Positions 21,018 through 29,629 of a stretch of DNA of 38,565 nt are shown one piece after another. The stretch covers positions 1-38,565 of the forward strand of contig JBPPMX010000281.1 of NCBI GenBank assembly GCA_051306275.1. Reading direction: 5' to 3'. The position numbers were made by a program, and so were the translations under genes. The stretch comes from Tepidiformaceae bacterium. Lineage in GTDB: Bacteria; Chloroflexota; Dehalococcoidia; Tepidiformales; Tepidiformaceae. The first letter of the stretch is position 1. Each line of letters starts with the position of its first letter. The notes below the pieces were generated by a model. It saw only the letters and a list, made by a program, of their open reading frames with translations. It was not told the origin of the DNA and searched no databases.

Positions 21018-22604
21018 TCAGGCAGGCGGGCCGGAGTCGCGGACCGAGTTCGAGAGGCCGTCGGAGTACTTCTCGAAGTTCGCGCGGAACATACCGGCGA
21101 GCTTGTGGGCGTAGGTGTCGAATGCGTCCTTGTTCGTCCAGGTCTGGCGTGGAATGAGCATCTGGGAGGGCACATCCGGGACATCGGCCGGGACGGCGAG
21201 GCCGAAGACGGGGTCGTTCACGTAGGGGACTTCGTCGAGTTCGCCTGCGAGGGCAGCGTTCAGCATGGCACGCGTGTGCGGGATTCGAATGCGGGTGCCG
21301 ACGCCGTAGGGGCCGCCGGTCCAGCCGGTATTGATCATCCAAACGGAGGGAGAGAACTCGTCGATCTTGTCGGCGAGAACCCCCGCGTAGTAGGACGGCG
21401 GAAGAGGGAGGAAGGGGGCTCCGAAACATGGGGAGAAGGTCGCATCGGGCTCCGTGACGCCGCGTTCGGTTCCGGCGAGCTTGGCGGTGTAGCCGCTGAT
21501 GAAGTAGTACATCGCCTGCTCCTTCGTCAGGCGGGAGATCGGCGGGAGGACGCCGAACGCGTCGGCAGAGAGAAAGACGAGGTTCGTCGGATGACCGCCT
21601 CGACCGCCGGGGATGGCGTTCGGAAGGTGGGAGAGCGGGTAGGCAACGCGCGTGTTCTCGGTCTTGGAGTCGTCGCCCCAGTCGGGAAAGCGCGTGTCAG
21701 GGTTCACGACGACGTTCTCGTAGACGGTCTCGAAGGACGTGGCGGCGTTGAAGATGAGGGGCTCATCGTCCCTCGAGAGGTTGATGGACTTGGCGTAGGA
21801 CCCACCTTCGATGTTGAAGATGCCATCGGAGGACCAGCCGATCTCGTCGTCGCCGACCATGCCGCGCCTGGGGTCGGTAGCGAGGGTGGTCTTGCCGGTG
21901 CCAGAGAGGCCGAAGATGACGGCGGCATCGCCCGCTTCGCCGACCGTGGCGGAGGCATGCATCGAAAGGACCCCGCGCTTGGGGAGGAGGTAGTTCATGA
22001 CCGAGAAGACGGATTTCTTCATCTCGCCGGCGTAGCGGGTGCCGCCGATGAGGAGGATCTTGCGGCTGAACGAGATGCAGATGAACACCTCAGAACGGGT
22101 GCCATCGCGTTCCGGCTCCGCTTCGAAGTTCGGGGCGTGGACGATGGTGAAGTCGGTAACGAAGGGTTCGAACTCGTCCGAAGTGGCGAAGAGGCGCGGG
22201 AGGATGAAGAGGTTGCGGCAGAAGAGGGCGTGCCAGGGGCTTTCGGTGATGACGCGCACATCGAGGCGGTGGGCGGGGTCGGCTCCGGCGTGGAGGTCCT
22301 GGATGTAGAGATCGCGCGCGCTGAGGTGCTCGGTGACGCGATTGTAGAGCGCGTCGAAGACCTCGGGCTCCATCGGGTGGTTAACGTCGCCCCACCAGAT
22401 GTCGGCTTCGGAATCGGGCTCGCGGACAACGTACTTGTCCTTCGGGCTGCGGCCCGTGTACGGGGTGGTGTCGACAACCAGCGGCCCTTTGTGCGCGACG
22501 AAGCCTTCGCCCCGGCGAAGGGTGTGCTCGTAGAGGAGCGGCGTAGGGAGGTCCCAGTAGACGGCCTTCTGCGGGGTGATGCCGTGGGGTGCAAGATTGC
22601 GCAT
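21018..22604 (-). CDS. pckA: Phosphoenolpyruvate carboxykinase (ATP)
   Basis: 528 aa. [11 protein letters not shown] kinase-1a, DDEIGW, and family-wide conserved blocks throughout. Confidence 0.95.
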   Translation of the reverse strand: MRNLAPHGITPQKAVYWDLPTPLLYEHTLRRGEGFVAHKGPLVVDTTPYTGRSPKDKYVVREPDSEADIWWGDVNHPMEPEVFDALYNRVTEHLSARDLYIQDLHAGADPAHRLDVRVITESPWHALFCRNLFILPRLFATSDEFEPFVTDFTIVHAPNFEAEPERDGTRSEVFICISFSRKILLIGGTRYAGEMKKSVFSVMNYLLPKRGVLSMHASATVGEAGDAAVIFGLSGTGKTTLATDPRRGMVGDDEIGWSSDGIFNIEGGSYAKSINLSRDDEPLIFNAATSFETVYENVVVNPDTRFPDWGDDSKTENTRVAYPLSHLPNAIPGGRGGHPTNLVFLSADAFGVLPPISRLTKEQAMYYFISGYTAKLAGTERGVTEPDATFSPCFGAPFLPLPPSYYAGVLADKIDEFSPSVWMINTGWTGGPYGVGTRIRIPHTRAMLNAALAGELDEVPYVNDPVFGLAVPADVPDVPSQMLIPRQTWTNKDAFDTYAHKLAGMFRANFEKYSDGLSNSVRDSGPPA

Positions 22605-22699
22605 GGAGCGTCCTCCGGGCGGGGTGTGGGGATACGTTATGCGGAAGCTGGTGAGGGGCGCTACCGCTAATCGGGTGCGGATGTCCGACCCGAGCAGGC

Positions 22700-23200
22700 C
22701 TAGCGGTAGTTGCCGAACTTGAGTTCGATGCCCCAGTCCTCGGCCTTTACGGCGGTGATGACCTGCTGGAGTTCGTCGCGGCTGGGCGCGCTGACGCGGA
22801 CGGCGTCGCCCTGGACCTGCGCCTGGGCCTTCTTGAACTTCTGGTCCTTGATGAAGCGAGCGATCTTCTTCGCGACCTCGGTCTCAATGCCCTGCTTGAG
22901 GGTGGTCTCTTCGCGGATGGTGCCGCCGCTGGCGGGCTGGGGTTCGGCGCGATCGAGGTTCTTGAGGGGGACGTTGCGGGCGACGAAGCGCTGGGTCAGC
23001 ACCTGCCAGATGGCTTCGAGCTTGTAGTCGTCGGTGGTGTGAATACGGATCTTCGCGGCATCGCGGTCGAAATCGATCTCGGCGACGATGTTCTTGAAGT
23101 CGAAGCGGTTCGTGATCTCTTTGCGGGCCTGGTTCAGGGCGTTATCGACCTCCTGGAGGTCGACGCCGGTGGTGATGTCGAAGGATTCGTCTTTCGCCAT
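22700..23200 (-). CDS. yajQ: YajQ-family (UPF0234/DUF520) nucleotide / cyclic-di-GMP-binding protein
   Basis: [36 protein letters not shown]...ELKFGNYR is the YajQ signature end to end. Confidence 0.9.
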   Translation of the reverse strand: MAKDESFDITTGVDLQEVDNALNQARKEITNRFDFKNIVAEIDFDRDAAKIRIHTTDDYKLEAIWQVLTQRFVARNVPLKNLDRAEPQPASGGTIREETTLKQGIETEVAKKIARFIKDQKFKKAQAQVQGDAVRVSAPSRDELQQVITAVKAEDWGIELKFGNYR

Positions 23201-23301
23201 GCATCTAGGGTACCGCGAGGGCGGCGCGCAGGCACAGGGGCGCAGACAGGGCGTCTGGCGGAGGCGGTAAGCTATCGGAGCCCGGTTGGGCGTAGCGAGG
23301 G

Positions 23302-24972
23302 ATGGCGATGCAGATGGACAGGGAGCGTGCCGAGGCGCTGCGACGCGAATACGACGAGGCGGTGGTGCAGGAAGGGAAGGAGCTCGCGGGGCCGTTCATG
23401 ACCGTCTCGAGCCGGGAGATCGACCGGCTGTATGACCCGACGGACGTCGCACACCTGGACTACGAACGGGACATCAACGTGCCCGGGGCGTACCCATACA
23501 CACGTGGCGTTCACCGGACGGGCTACCGGGGGAAGCCGTGGACAATCCGGATGTTCAGCGGGTTTGGGAGCGCAGAGGAGACGAACCAGCGATACAAGGA
23601 CCTGCTCGCGGCAGGCAACAACGGGCTTTCGATCGCGTTCGATATGCCGACGCTGATGGGCTACGACCACGACGATAAGTGGGCCGAGGGGGAGTTCGGG
23701 AGCTGCGGAGTGGCGGTGGATTCGCTGGCGGACATGGAGATCCTGCTGGACGGACTGCCACTCGACCAGATCACGACCTCGATGACGATCAATAGCCCGG
23801 CGCCGGTGGTGTGGGCACTGTTCATTGCGGCGGCGGAGAAGCGCGGCATCCCGCGGACGAAGCTGGCCGGGACCCTCCAGAACGACATCTTGAAGGAGTA
23901 CATCGCCCAGAACGAGTTCATCTTCCCGCCAGCCCCTTCGATGCGGCTTGTGACGGACACGGTGGAGTTCGCGGCGAACGAGATGCCGCTCTGGAACGCG
24001 ATTAGCGTGAGCGGCTACCACATCCGGGAAGCCGGCTCCACGGCGGTGCAGGAGCTCGCGTTCACCATCCTCGACGGCATCGAGTACGTGAAGTGGGCAC
24101 TGGAGCGGGGACTGGACATCGACGCGTTCGCGCCTCGGATCAGCTTCTTCTTCAACAGCCATAACGACTTCTTCGAAGAGGTGGCGAAGTTCCGGGCGTC
24201 CCGGCGGATCTGGGCGCGGCTGATGCGGGAGCGGTTCGGGGCGAAGAACCCGCGGTCATGGCTGATGCGGTTCCATACGCAGACGGCGGGGGTTTCGCTG
24301 ACCGAGCAGCAGCCCGAGGTGAACCTGGTGCGCGTCGCGATACAGGCGCTGGCGGCGGTCCTCGGTGGGACGCAGTCACTGCATACCGATGCGATGGATG
24401 AGGCGATCGCGCTGCCGAGTGAGAAGGCAGCCAAGCTGGCAGTGCGGACGCAGCAGGTGCTGCTCCACGAAAGTGGCGTTATCAACACGATCGACCCGCT
24501 CGGGGGTTCGTACTTCGTGGAGAAGCTGACCTCGGACATGGAGGCGGAGGTGTTTCGCTACATTGAGCAGGTTGAGGCGATTGGCGGGGTGATCCCGGCG
24601 ATCGAGCAGGGCTTCTTCCAGAAAGAGATCGCCGACGCCTCGGCGCGGTACCAGCGCGAGATCGAAACGCGTGACCGGATCGTGGTCGGGGTGAACGAGT
24701 ACCAGGACAGCTGGCCGCGCGACATCCCGATCCTGCGGATGGACCCGGAGGGGGAGGCACGTCACATGGCTCGGCTTGCGCGGCTCCGGTCGGAGCGGGA
24801 CGCAGGCGCATGGCAGTCCGCGATGGAGCAGCTCGAGAACGCGAGCGCGCAGCCGCGGGAAAACACGATGCCGTACATCATCGGGGCGGTGAACGCGGGG
24901 GCGACGGTGGGAGAAGTGTGCAACCTGTGGCGGCGTGTGTACGGGGAGTATCGCGAGCAGGTGGTGGTTTAG
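23302..24972 (+). CDS. Methylmalonyl-CoA (acyl-CoA) mutase large catalytic subunit, without a fused B12-binding domain
   Basis: [57 protein letters not shown] and the rest of the TIM-barrel. 556 aa, ending before any DxHxxG B12 domain. Confidence 0.9.
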   Translation: MAMQMDRERAEALRREYDEAVVQEGKELAGPFMTVSSREIDRLYDPTDVAHLDYERDINVPGAYPYTRGVHRTGYRGKPWTIRMFSGFGSAEETNQRYKDLLAAGNNGLSIAFDMPTLMGYDHDDKWAEGEFGSCGVAVDSLADMEILLDGLPLDQITTSMTINSPAPVVWALFIAAAEKRGIPRTKLAGTLQNDILKEYIAQNEFIFPPAPSMRLVTDTVEFAANEMPLWNAISVSGYHIREAGSTAVQELAFTILDGIEYVKWALERGLDIDAFAPRISFFFNSHNDFFEEVAKFRASRRIWARLMRERFGAKNPRSWLMRFHTQTAGVSLTEQQPEVNLVRVAIQALAAVLGGTQSLHTDAMDEAIALPSEKAAKLAVRTQQVLLHESGVINTIDPLGGSYFVEKLTSDMEAEVFRYIEQVEAIGGVIPAIEQGFFQKEIADASARYQREIETRDRIVVGVNEYQDSWPRDIPILRMDPEGEARHMARLARLRSERDAGAWQSAMEQLENASAQPRENTMPYIIGAVNAGATVGEVCNLWRRVYGEYREQVVV

Positions 24973-24993
24973 CGATGGGGTACACTGACTGAC

Positions 24994-25293
24994 ATGGCGA
25001 CGCCAGTCGTAGACATCGGGACGCTCATCGTGGAGACGCCGGGAATCCAGGGCGGGCAGCCATGTCTCGCCGGTACCCGGGTAAGAGTCGCCACCCTCGC
25101 CGCGTACTGGCAGCAGGGGTACTCGGCCGAAGACATCGCAAACCGCGTCTTCCCGTGGCTCGAGATCGGGCCGGTCTACGCGGGCCTGGCCTACTACTTC
25201 GCGAACCGCGAGAGCATCGACGCGCGCATCGAAGCTGACTCGGCGATCCCGGCTGCCGCCGGCGATCCCGAAGCCAACCCCGCACACCCATAA
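24994..25293 (+). CDS. DUF433 (COG2442) domain protein, antitoxin-like
   Basis: ETPGIQGGQPCLAGTRVRVATLAAYWQQGYSAEDIANRV is the DUF433 core. Confidence 0.7.
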   Translation: MATPVVDIGTLIVETPGIQGGQPCLAGTRVRVATLAAYWQQGYSAEDIANRVFPWLEIGPVYAGLAYYFANRESIDARIEADSAIPAAAGDPEANPAHP

Positions 25294-25298
25294 CGCGT

Positions 25299-25658
25299 TT
25301 GGCTACCACACGACTGTACTTCGACCACGACTGCGCCGACGCGGAAGTGGTTGCCGAGCTCAGGCGACGCGGATTGGACTGCTTGACCGCAGAAGAAGCT
25401 GGTCGGCAGCGGGCGACCGACCCCGAACAGCTCGAGTTCGCAACGAGCGACGGCCGCGTGCTACTGACATCGAATGTCGGCGACTTCGCAGCGCTGCATC
25501 GGGAATGGAGCGCGTCGGGCCGACGACACCTCGGGGTACTGCTCGTTCCGCAAAGACTGGGGGTCGGATCGAAGGTTCGGCGCGTACTAATGGTCCTGAA
25601 CAGCGTTCCGATCCTCGACGCGCGGCTCGAATACCTGAGTTCGTGGCCGGACGAGTAG
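25299..25658 (+). CDS. DUF5615 / COG4634 PIN-like (Mut7-C-like) domain protein, toxin-like
   Basis: LYFDHDCADAEVVAELRRRGLDCLTAEEAG...DPEQLEFATSDGRVLLTSNVGDF fits the family. TTG start lies 5 nt after the DUF433 stop. Confidence 0.6.
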   Translation: MATTRLYFDHDCADAEVVAELRRRGLDCLTAEEAGRQRATDPEQLEFATSDGRVLLTSNVGDFAALHREWSASGRRHLGVLLVPQRLGVGSKVRRVLMVLNSVPILDARLEYLSSWPDE

Positions 25659-25661
25659 CGC

Positions 25662-26636
25662 CTAGATCGGGCGGTTGAAGACTTGCTGGAGGGCTTCCTT
25701 GCGGCGGCGTTCGTCTTCGCGGGCGCGGGCGAGGCGGCGGTCGATGCGGCGGCCATCGGCGGCGTCCTGGCGGATCCAGCGTGTCGCGAGGCCCGCGACG
25801 GCAGCGAGAAAGACGAGGTTGCCGCCGAGCCAGAGGACGACGATCGCCATCACCTGATCTTCGAGGGCTGACGGGCCCCATGCGGGCAGCCGCTCCGCGT
25901 AACCTGAGTGGATCGGGGTGCTGAGGCTAAGGAAGAACGCGCCGAACAACGCTTTGTGGGTCATCTCGACGAGGAGGTAGAGGGCGCGGGTCGGGTAGTT
26001 GGCACGCCAGCGGAGCGGGTCGGCCCCGAGCGCCGGGAACCAGAAGAGCAGCGCGACGAGGAGGAGCGTGGCCTGCTGGAGGTCGCGGACCCAGACACTT
26101 TCGGCGGCCCAGTCGGCGGGGGTTCCGAACTGCCAGAGATAGGTGACCACTGCGAAGAGGAGCCAGGGGATAGGGAGGAAAGTGAGGAGGCGAGCAGCCT
26201 GGGTTCGGGTCGCGTTGCGGAGGCGCGTCCTGCCCGTTGGGCCGAGAACGCGGAATGCAAGCGTGATCGGAGACGCCCAGAGGAGGAGCGGCGGGGCGAG
26301 CATTGTGATGAAGAGGAAGCTGGTGAAGCTGACCCAGAGAAGCTGATTCCCGTAGTGCTCGATGGGCGAGAGGATGCCGATATACAGGCAGAGAATCCCG
26401 GCGTACCAGGAGAAGAGCTTCCAGCGCGGGTGCGGCACGCGCGGGTTGGTGCGCGCCAGGCGCGACCAGGCGACCGTGTAGGGGACGGCTAGCAGCACGA
26501 ACAGGGCGAGCCATGGCAGGTCGAATGCGAAGTGCCGGAGGATCTCGGAGAGGGCGGGGGCGGATTGCTCCATCGTCGGTTCGCAGTGGCCGGAGTGGCC
26601 GTTGGAGGAGGATAGCACGCGGTCGAGCGGGGACAT
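25662..26636 (-). CDS. ctaG: Cytochrome c oxidase assembly factor CtaG (Caa3_CtaG family, polytopic membrane protein)
   Basis: Multi-TM protein with family-like blocks (ILSPIEHYGNQLLWVSFTSFLFITMLAPPLLL, LFWFPALGADP, VEMTHKALFGAFF). An alternative start is ATG 26573. Confidence 0.65.
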   Translation of the reverse strand: MSPLDRVLSSSNGHSGHCEPTMEQSAPALSEILRHFAFDLPWLALFVLLAVPYTVAWSRLARTNPRVPHPRWKLFSWYAGILCLYIGILSPIEHYGNQLLWVSFTSFLFITMLAPPLLLWASPITLAFRVLGPTGRTRLRNATRTQAARLLTFLPIPWLLFAVVTYLWQFGTPADWAAESVWVRDLQQATLLLVALLFWFPALGADPLRWRANYPTRALYLLVEMTHKALFGAFFLSLSTPIHSGYAERLPAWGPSALEDQVMAIVVLWLGGNLVFLAAVAGLATRWIRQDAADGRRIDRRLARAREDERRRKEALQQVFNRPI

Positions 26637-26715
26637 GGAGGGCTGAACGGCGGTATGTGGGGGGCCGGTCGTCTATCATTGTGGTTCGGGCCGCGCAGGG
26701 CCCCCGCGAGGTGAA

Positions 26716-27795
26716 ATGGCCCGGAGCTACAGCGATGCTGGCGTGCGCGCCCCCGACGAAATGCCGGCGTTCGATTCGATGCTCGGGCTGCTGAAGCGAA
26801 CCTTCACCTACCCGTCGAGGGGCCGACCGGTGCTGGACTTCGGGTATTACGCGAATGTGCTCGATCTCGGGAACAACCTCGGGCTGGCGATATCCACGGA
26901 CGGGGTAGGGACGAAGCTGCTGGTGGCGGAGGAGATGGGGAAGTACGACACAGTCGGGATCGATTGCATCGCGATGAACGTGAACGACATCGTGTGTGTT
27001 GGCGCGGAGCCGCTCGCGCTGGTCGACTACATCGCGGTCCAGACTGCGGGGACATCCCAGATGCTGGAGCTTGCAAAGGGGCTGGAGGAGGGTGCGCGAC
27101 GATCGCACGTCTCGATACCGGGCGGGGAGATCGCACAGGTGCCGGACATGCTGAAGGGCATCCGGGAGGGTGAGGCGTTTGACCTGGTGGGGACGTGCGT
27201 CGGGACCGTGGCGCTCGATGGGATTGTGGACGGAGGGCGGATTGAGGCGGGCGACGCGCTGGTCGGGTTCGCGAGTAGCGGCCTGCACAGCAACGGGTAC
27301 ACGCTGGCGCGGCGCGTGTTCCGCGAAGACGCCGGATGGGCGCTCGACCAGCACATCGAGGACTTCGGACGGACGCTGGGCGAGGAGTTGCTCGAGCCGA
27401 CGATGCTCTACGTTGACCTCGCTATGGGGCTGCTCGCGAGCGTCGATGTGCGCGGTCTTGCCCACATCACAGGGGACGGCCTGCTCAACCTGCGCCGGAT
27501 GAAGGCCGAAGTCGGGTTCGATATCGAGACGCTGCCACCGGCGATGCCGGTATTCGAGGCGCTTGCACGCGAGGGTGGGATATCTCCGGCGGAGATGTAC
27601 CGGGTCTACAACATGGGCATCGGGTTCTGCGCGATCATGCCGGAATCAGAAGTTGAGCGGGCGCTGGAGGTGGGCCATACGGCCGGGGTCGACGGCTGGC
27701 GGCTCGGTACAGCGGTAGCGTCGAACGAGCGCTTGATCCGTTTGCGCCCGCTAGGGTTGAGCGGTGCGAAGACTTTTTCGGAATCCGACCACTAA
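26716..27795 (+). CDS. purM: Phosphoribosylformylglycinamidine cyclo-ligase (AIR synthetase)
   Basis: SYSDAGV..., LAISTDGVGTKLLVAEEMGKYDTVGIDCIAMNVNDIVCVGAEPL, SSGLHSNGYTLARR, AHITGDGLLNL. Confidence 0.9.
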   Translation: MARSYSDAGVRAPDEMPAFDSMLGLLKRTFTYPSRGRPVLDFGYYANVLDLGNNLGLAISTDGVGTKLLVAEEMGKYDTVGIDCIAMNVNDIVCVGAEPLALVDYIAVQTAGTSQMLELAKGLEEGARRSHVSIPGGEIAQVPDMLKGIREGEAFDLVGTCVGTVALDGIVDGGRIEAGDALVGFASSGLHSNGYTLARRVFREDAGWALDQHIEDFGRTLGEELLEPTMLYVDLAMGLLASVDVRGLAHITGDGLLNLRRMKAEVGFDIETLPPAMPVFEALAREGGISPAEMYRVYNMGIGFCAIMPESEVERALEVGHTAGVDGWRLGTAVASNERLIRLRPLGLSGAKTFSESDH

Positions 27796-27847
27796 TCTCG
27801 ATTTCGTCGTTCAGGGATCGTGTCAGGCGGCCGAACATACTCAAGAG

Positions 27848-29629
27848 ATGTTTGAGAGCAGTAAGAGCTCATCGAAAATAGAAGGCGAGCGCCCGCAGGG
27901 GGGGCTCCGCATGGAGCAGTCCTCGGAGCTCCGCCTGGGGGCAGGGCCGCTGACTGCGATCTACGTGGCTCTCGGCCTGGGGTGGATCTTTTTCTCCGAC
28001 CTGCTCCTTGCCCTTGTCGTCGACGACGCTCGCGTGCTTTCGGCCATCCAGAGCGCGAAGGGCTTCGCGTTCGTTGCCCTGACGGGCGCGGCGCTCTACC
28101 TGATTGTCCGGCGTGACGTCCACGTCCTGCGTACTGCGAAGCGGGAGCTCGTTGACGCGAACGCTGAACTCGCGCGAATGGCGCAGTTCTTGCGGGCGAA
28201 CCCGAATCCCGTTGTCGAACTCAACAGAGACGGCAGGATCCTTTTCGCGAACGATGCGGCCACGAACGCGGTGGGGAAGATGGGTGGGCCAGAAGTTGCG
28301 AACTTGCTTCCCGAAAGCGTTGCGACGCTTGCTCGGGAATGCCTGGGCAGCGGCCAGCGGATTGAGGCGGTAGCCACAACCGGTGAGGATTGCCGGTTGC
28401 GGTGGTCATTCTTTCCGGTGGCGGAGACAGGGTCGGTGTACGGATTCGCGTCTGATCTGAGCGCAGAGATGAAGCTCGAGGCGCAACTCTTCCACTCACA
28501 GAAGATGGAGGGGGTCGGCCGGCTAGCGAGCGGGGTGGCCCACGACTTCAACAATCTGCTCACGGCGGTCATGGGATATGCGGACCTCGGCGCCGCAGAC
28601 GCGGGCCCCGAGAGCCCCATGGGCGACACGTTCCTGGAGATCCGGAAGGCAGCGGAGCGCGGATCAAGTCTGACCCGGCAACTCCTGGCGCTCGGCCGCC
28701 CGCAGGCGCACGAGGGCGAGGCGCGGGTGGTGGAAGTCGATTCGGCAGTGCGCGATTTTGAGAAGCTGCTCCACCGGGTTATCGGTGCCGATGTTGCGCT
28801 TGAAATCGCGCTGGCGGCAGATGGCTGCGCAGTAATGATCGACCAGGGACAGCTTGAGCAGGTGATTCTCAACCTCGTGGTAAACGCCCGCGACGCGATG
28901 CCGAACGGCGGACGGCTGTGGCTGGAGACCGAGCCAACGGTTGTAGAGGAGACGCGGAACAGCGTTGCGGCGGGGGCGTATACCGTCCTCCGGGTGAGGG
29001 ATGAGGGCGTGGGCATGGACGCAGCGACGCTGGCGCGCATCTACGAACCGTTCTTCACCACCAAGGCGCCTGGCACCGGGACCGGCCTGGGGCTGCCGAC
29101 CTCCTATGGGATCGTGACGCGGGCCGGAGGGGCGATCGAAGTTCAAAGCGAGGTCGGGCGCGGGACGACCTTCAGCGTCTACCTGCCGACTGTCGAGCTG
29201 GCAGCGGATCCCGCATCCCACCGCGAAACCGGGCCGAGCGATGGTGGGACCGAGACGATCCTCATCGCTGAAGACGAATCGCTGATCCGGGACCTCGTTA
29301 CCCGGGTGCTCGAAGCGAGCGGATACCGGGTGCTGGTGGCGACGGAATCAGCCAGCGCGATGCGGATCGCTGAAGAGTACCGCGGGCCTATAGACCTGCT
29401 GCTCTCGGACATCGTGATGCCGGGGATGAACGGGCCCGAGCTTGCGCGCCGCGTACGCGCGATGCGCCCCGCCTGCCCGGTACTCCTGATGTCGGGCTAT
29501 CCCGAGGGACTCCGGATTGGCCACGAGGGAGATCCACTCGATCAGCCTCTCCTCCAGAAGCCGTTTACACGGACCGAGCTTTTGAAGACGGTCCGTGACG
29601 CGATCAACGGAAGCCGGGCCGCCAGCTAG
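27848..29629 (+). CDS. Hybrid sensor histidine kinase / response regulator (2 TM, PAS-like, HisKA, HATPase_c, receiver)
   Basis: H-box GVAHDFNNLLTAVMGY, N-box LNLVVNARDAM, G-boxes DEGVGMD / GTGLGL, receiver ILIAEDE...LLLSDIVMPGMNG...KPF. The start is uncertain (27764, 27848 or 27911). Confidence 0.85.
   Translation: MFESSKSSSKIEGERPQGGLRMEQSSELRLGAGPLTAIYVALGLGWIFFSDLLLALVVDDARVLSAIQSAKGFAFVALTGAALYLIVRRDVHVLRTAKRELVDANAELARMAQFLRANPNPVVELNRDGRILFANDAATNAVGKMGGPEVANLLPESVATLARECLGSGQRIEAVATTGEDCRLRWSFFPVAETGSVYGFASDLSAEMKLEAQLFHSQKMEGVGRLASGVAHDFNNLLTAVMGYADLGAADAGPESPMGDTFLEIRKAAERGSSLTRQLLALGRPQAHEGEARVVEVDSAVRDFEKLLHRVIGADVALEIALAADGCAVMIDQGQLEQVILNLVVNARDAMPNGGRLWLETEPTVVEETRNSVAAGAYTVLRVRDEGVGMDAATLARIYEPFFTTKAPGTGTGLGLPTSYGIVTRAGGAIEVQSEVGRGTTFSVYLPTVELAADPASHRETGPSDGGTETILIAEDESLIRDLVTRVLEASGYRVLVATESASAMRIAEEYRGPIDLLLSDIVMPGMNGPELARRVRAMRPACPVLLMSGYPEGLRIGHEGDPLDQPLLQKPFTRTELLKTVRDAINGSRAAS

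Noticed and set aside
21016-21429. Long form (395 aa) of the GNAT ORF
   Set aside because: It would overlap the pckA 3' end by about 400 nt with an Arg/Pro-rich translation. ATG 21015, directly after the pckA stop, gives a sensible protein.
21105-22670. 521-aa plus-strand ORF opposite pckA
   Set aside because: Shadow ORF. PckA on the minus strand is conserved end to end, and this product is Gly/Glu/Arg/Val-rich without motifs.
19517-25660. Mobile element or genomic island carrying the two TA pairs
   Set aside because: There is no integrase, transposase, tRNA target or flanking direct or inverted repeats. The TA pairs are separated by housekeeping genes (pckA, yajQ, mutase), so they look like isolated chromosomal insertions.
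26637-26715. Riboswitches or leaders upstream of purM (also mcm at 23201-23301 and moaD at 37335-37395)
   Set aside because: The regions are too short, and I could not recognise the conserved cores of ZTP/purine, cobalamin or Moco riboswitches by eye. A covariance-model scan would be needed to be sure.
25927-27465. 512-aa minus-strand ORF overlapping ctaG and purM
   Set aside because: It crosses the ctaG/purM intergenic region and is antisense to purM. Its composition is Arg/Pro/His-rich. ctaG is in a different frame with clear TM helices.
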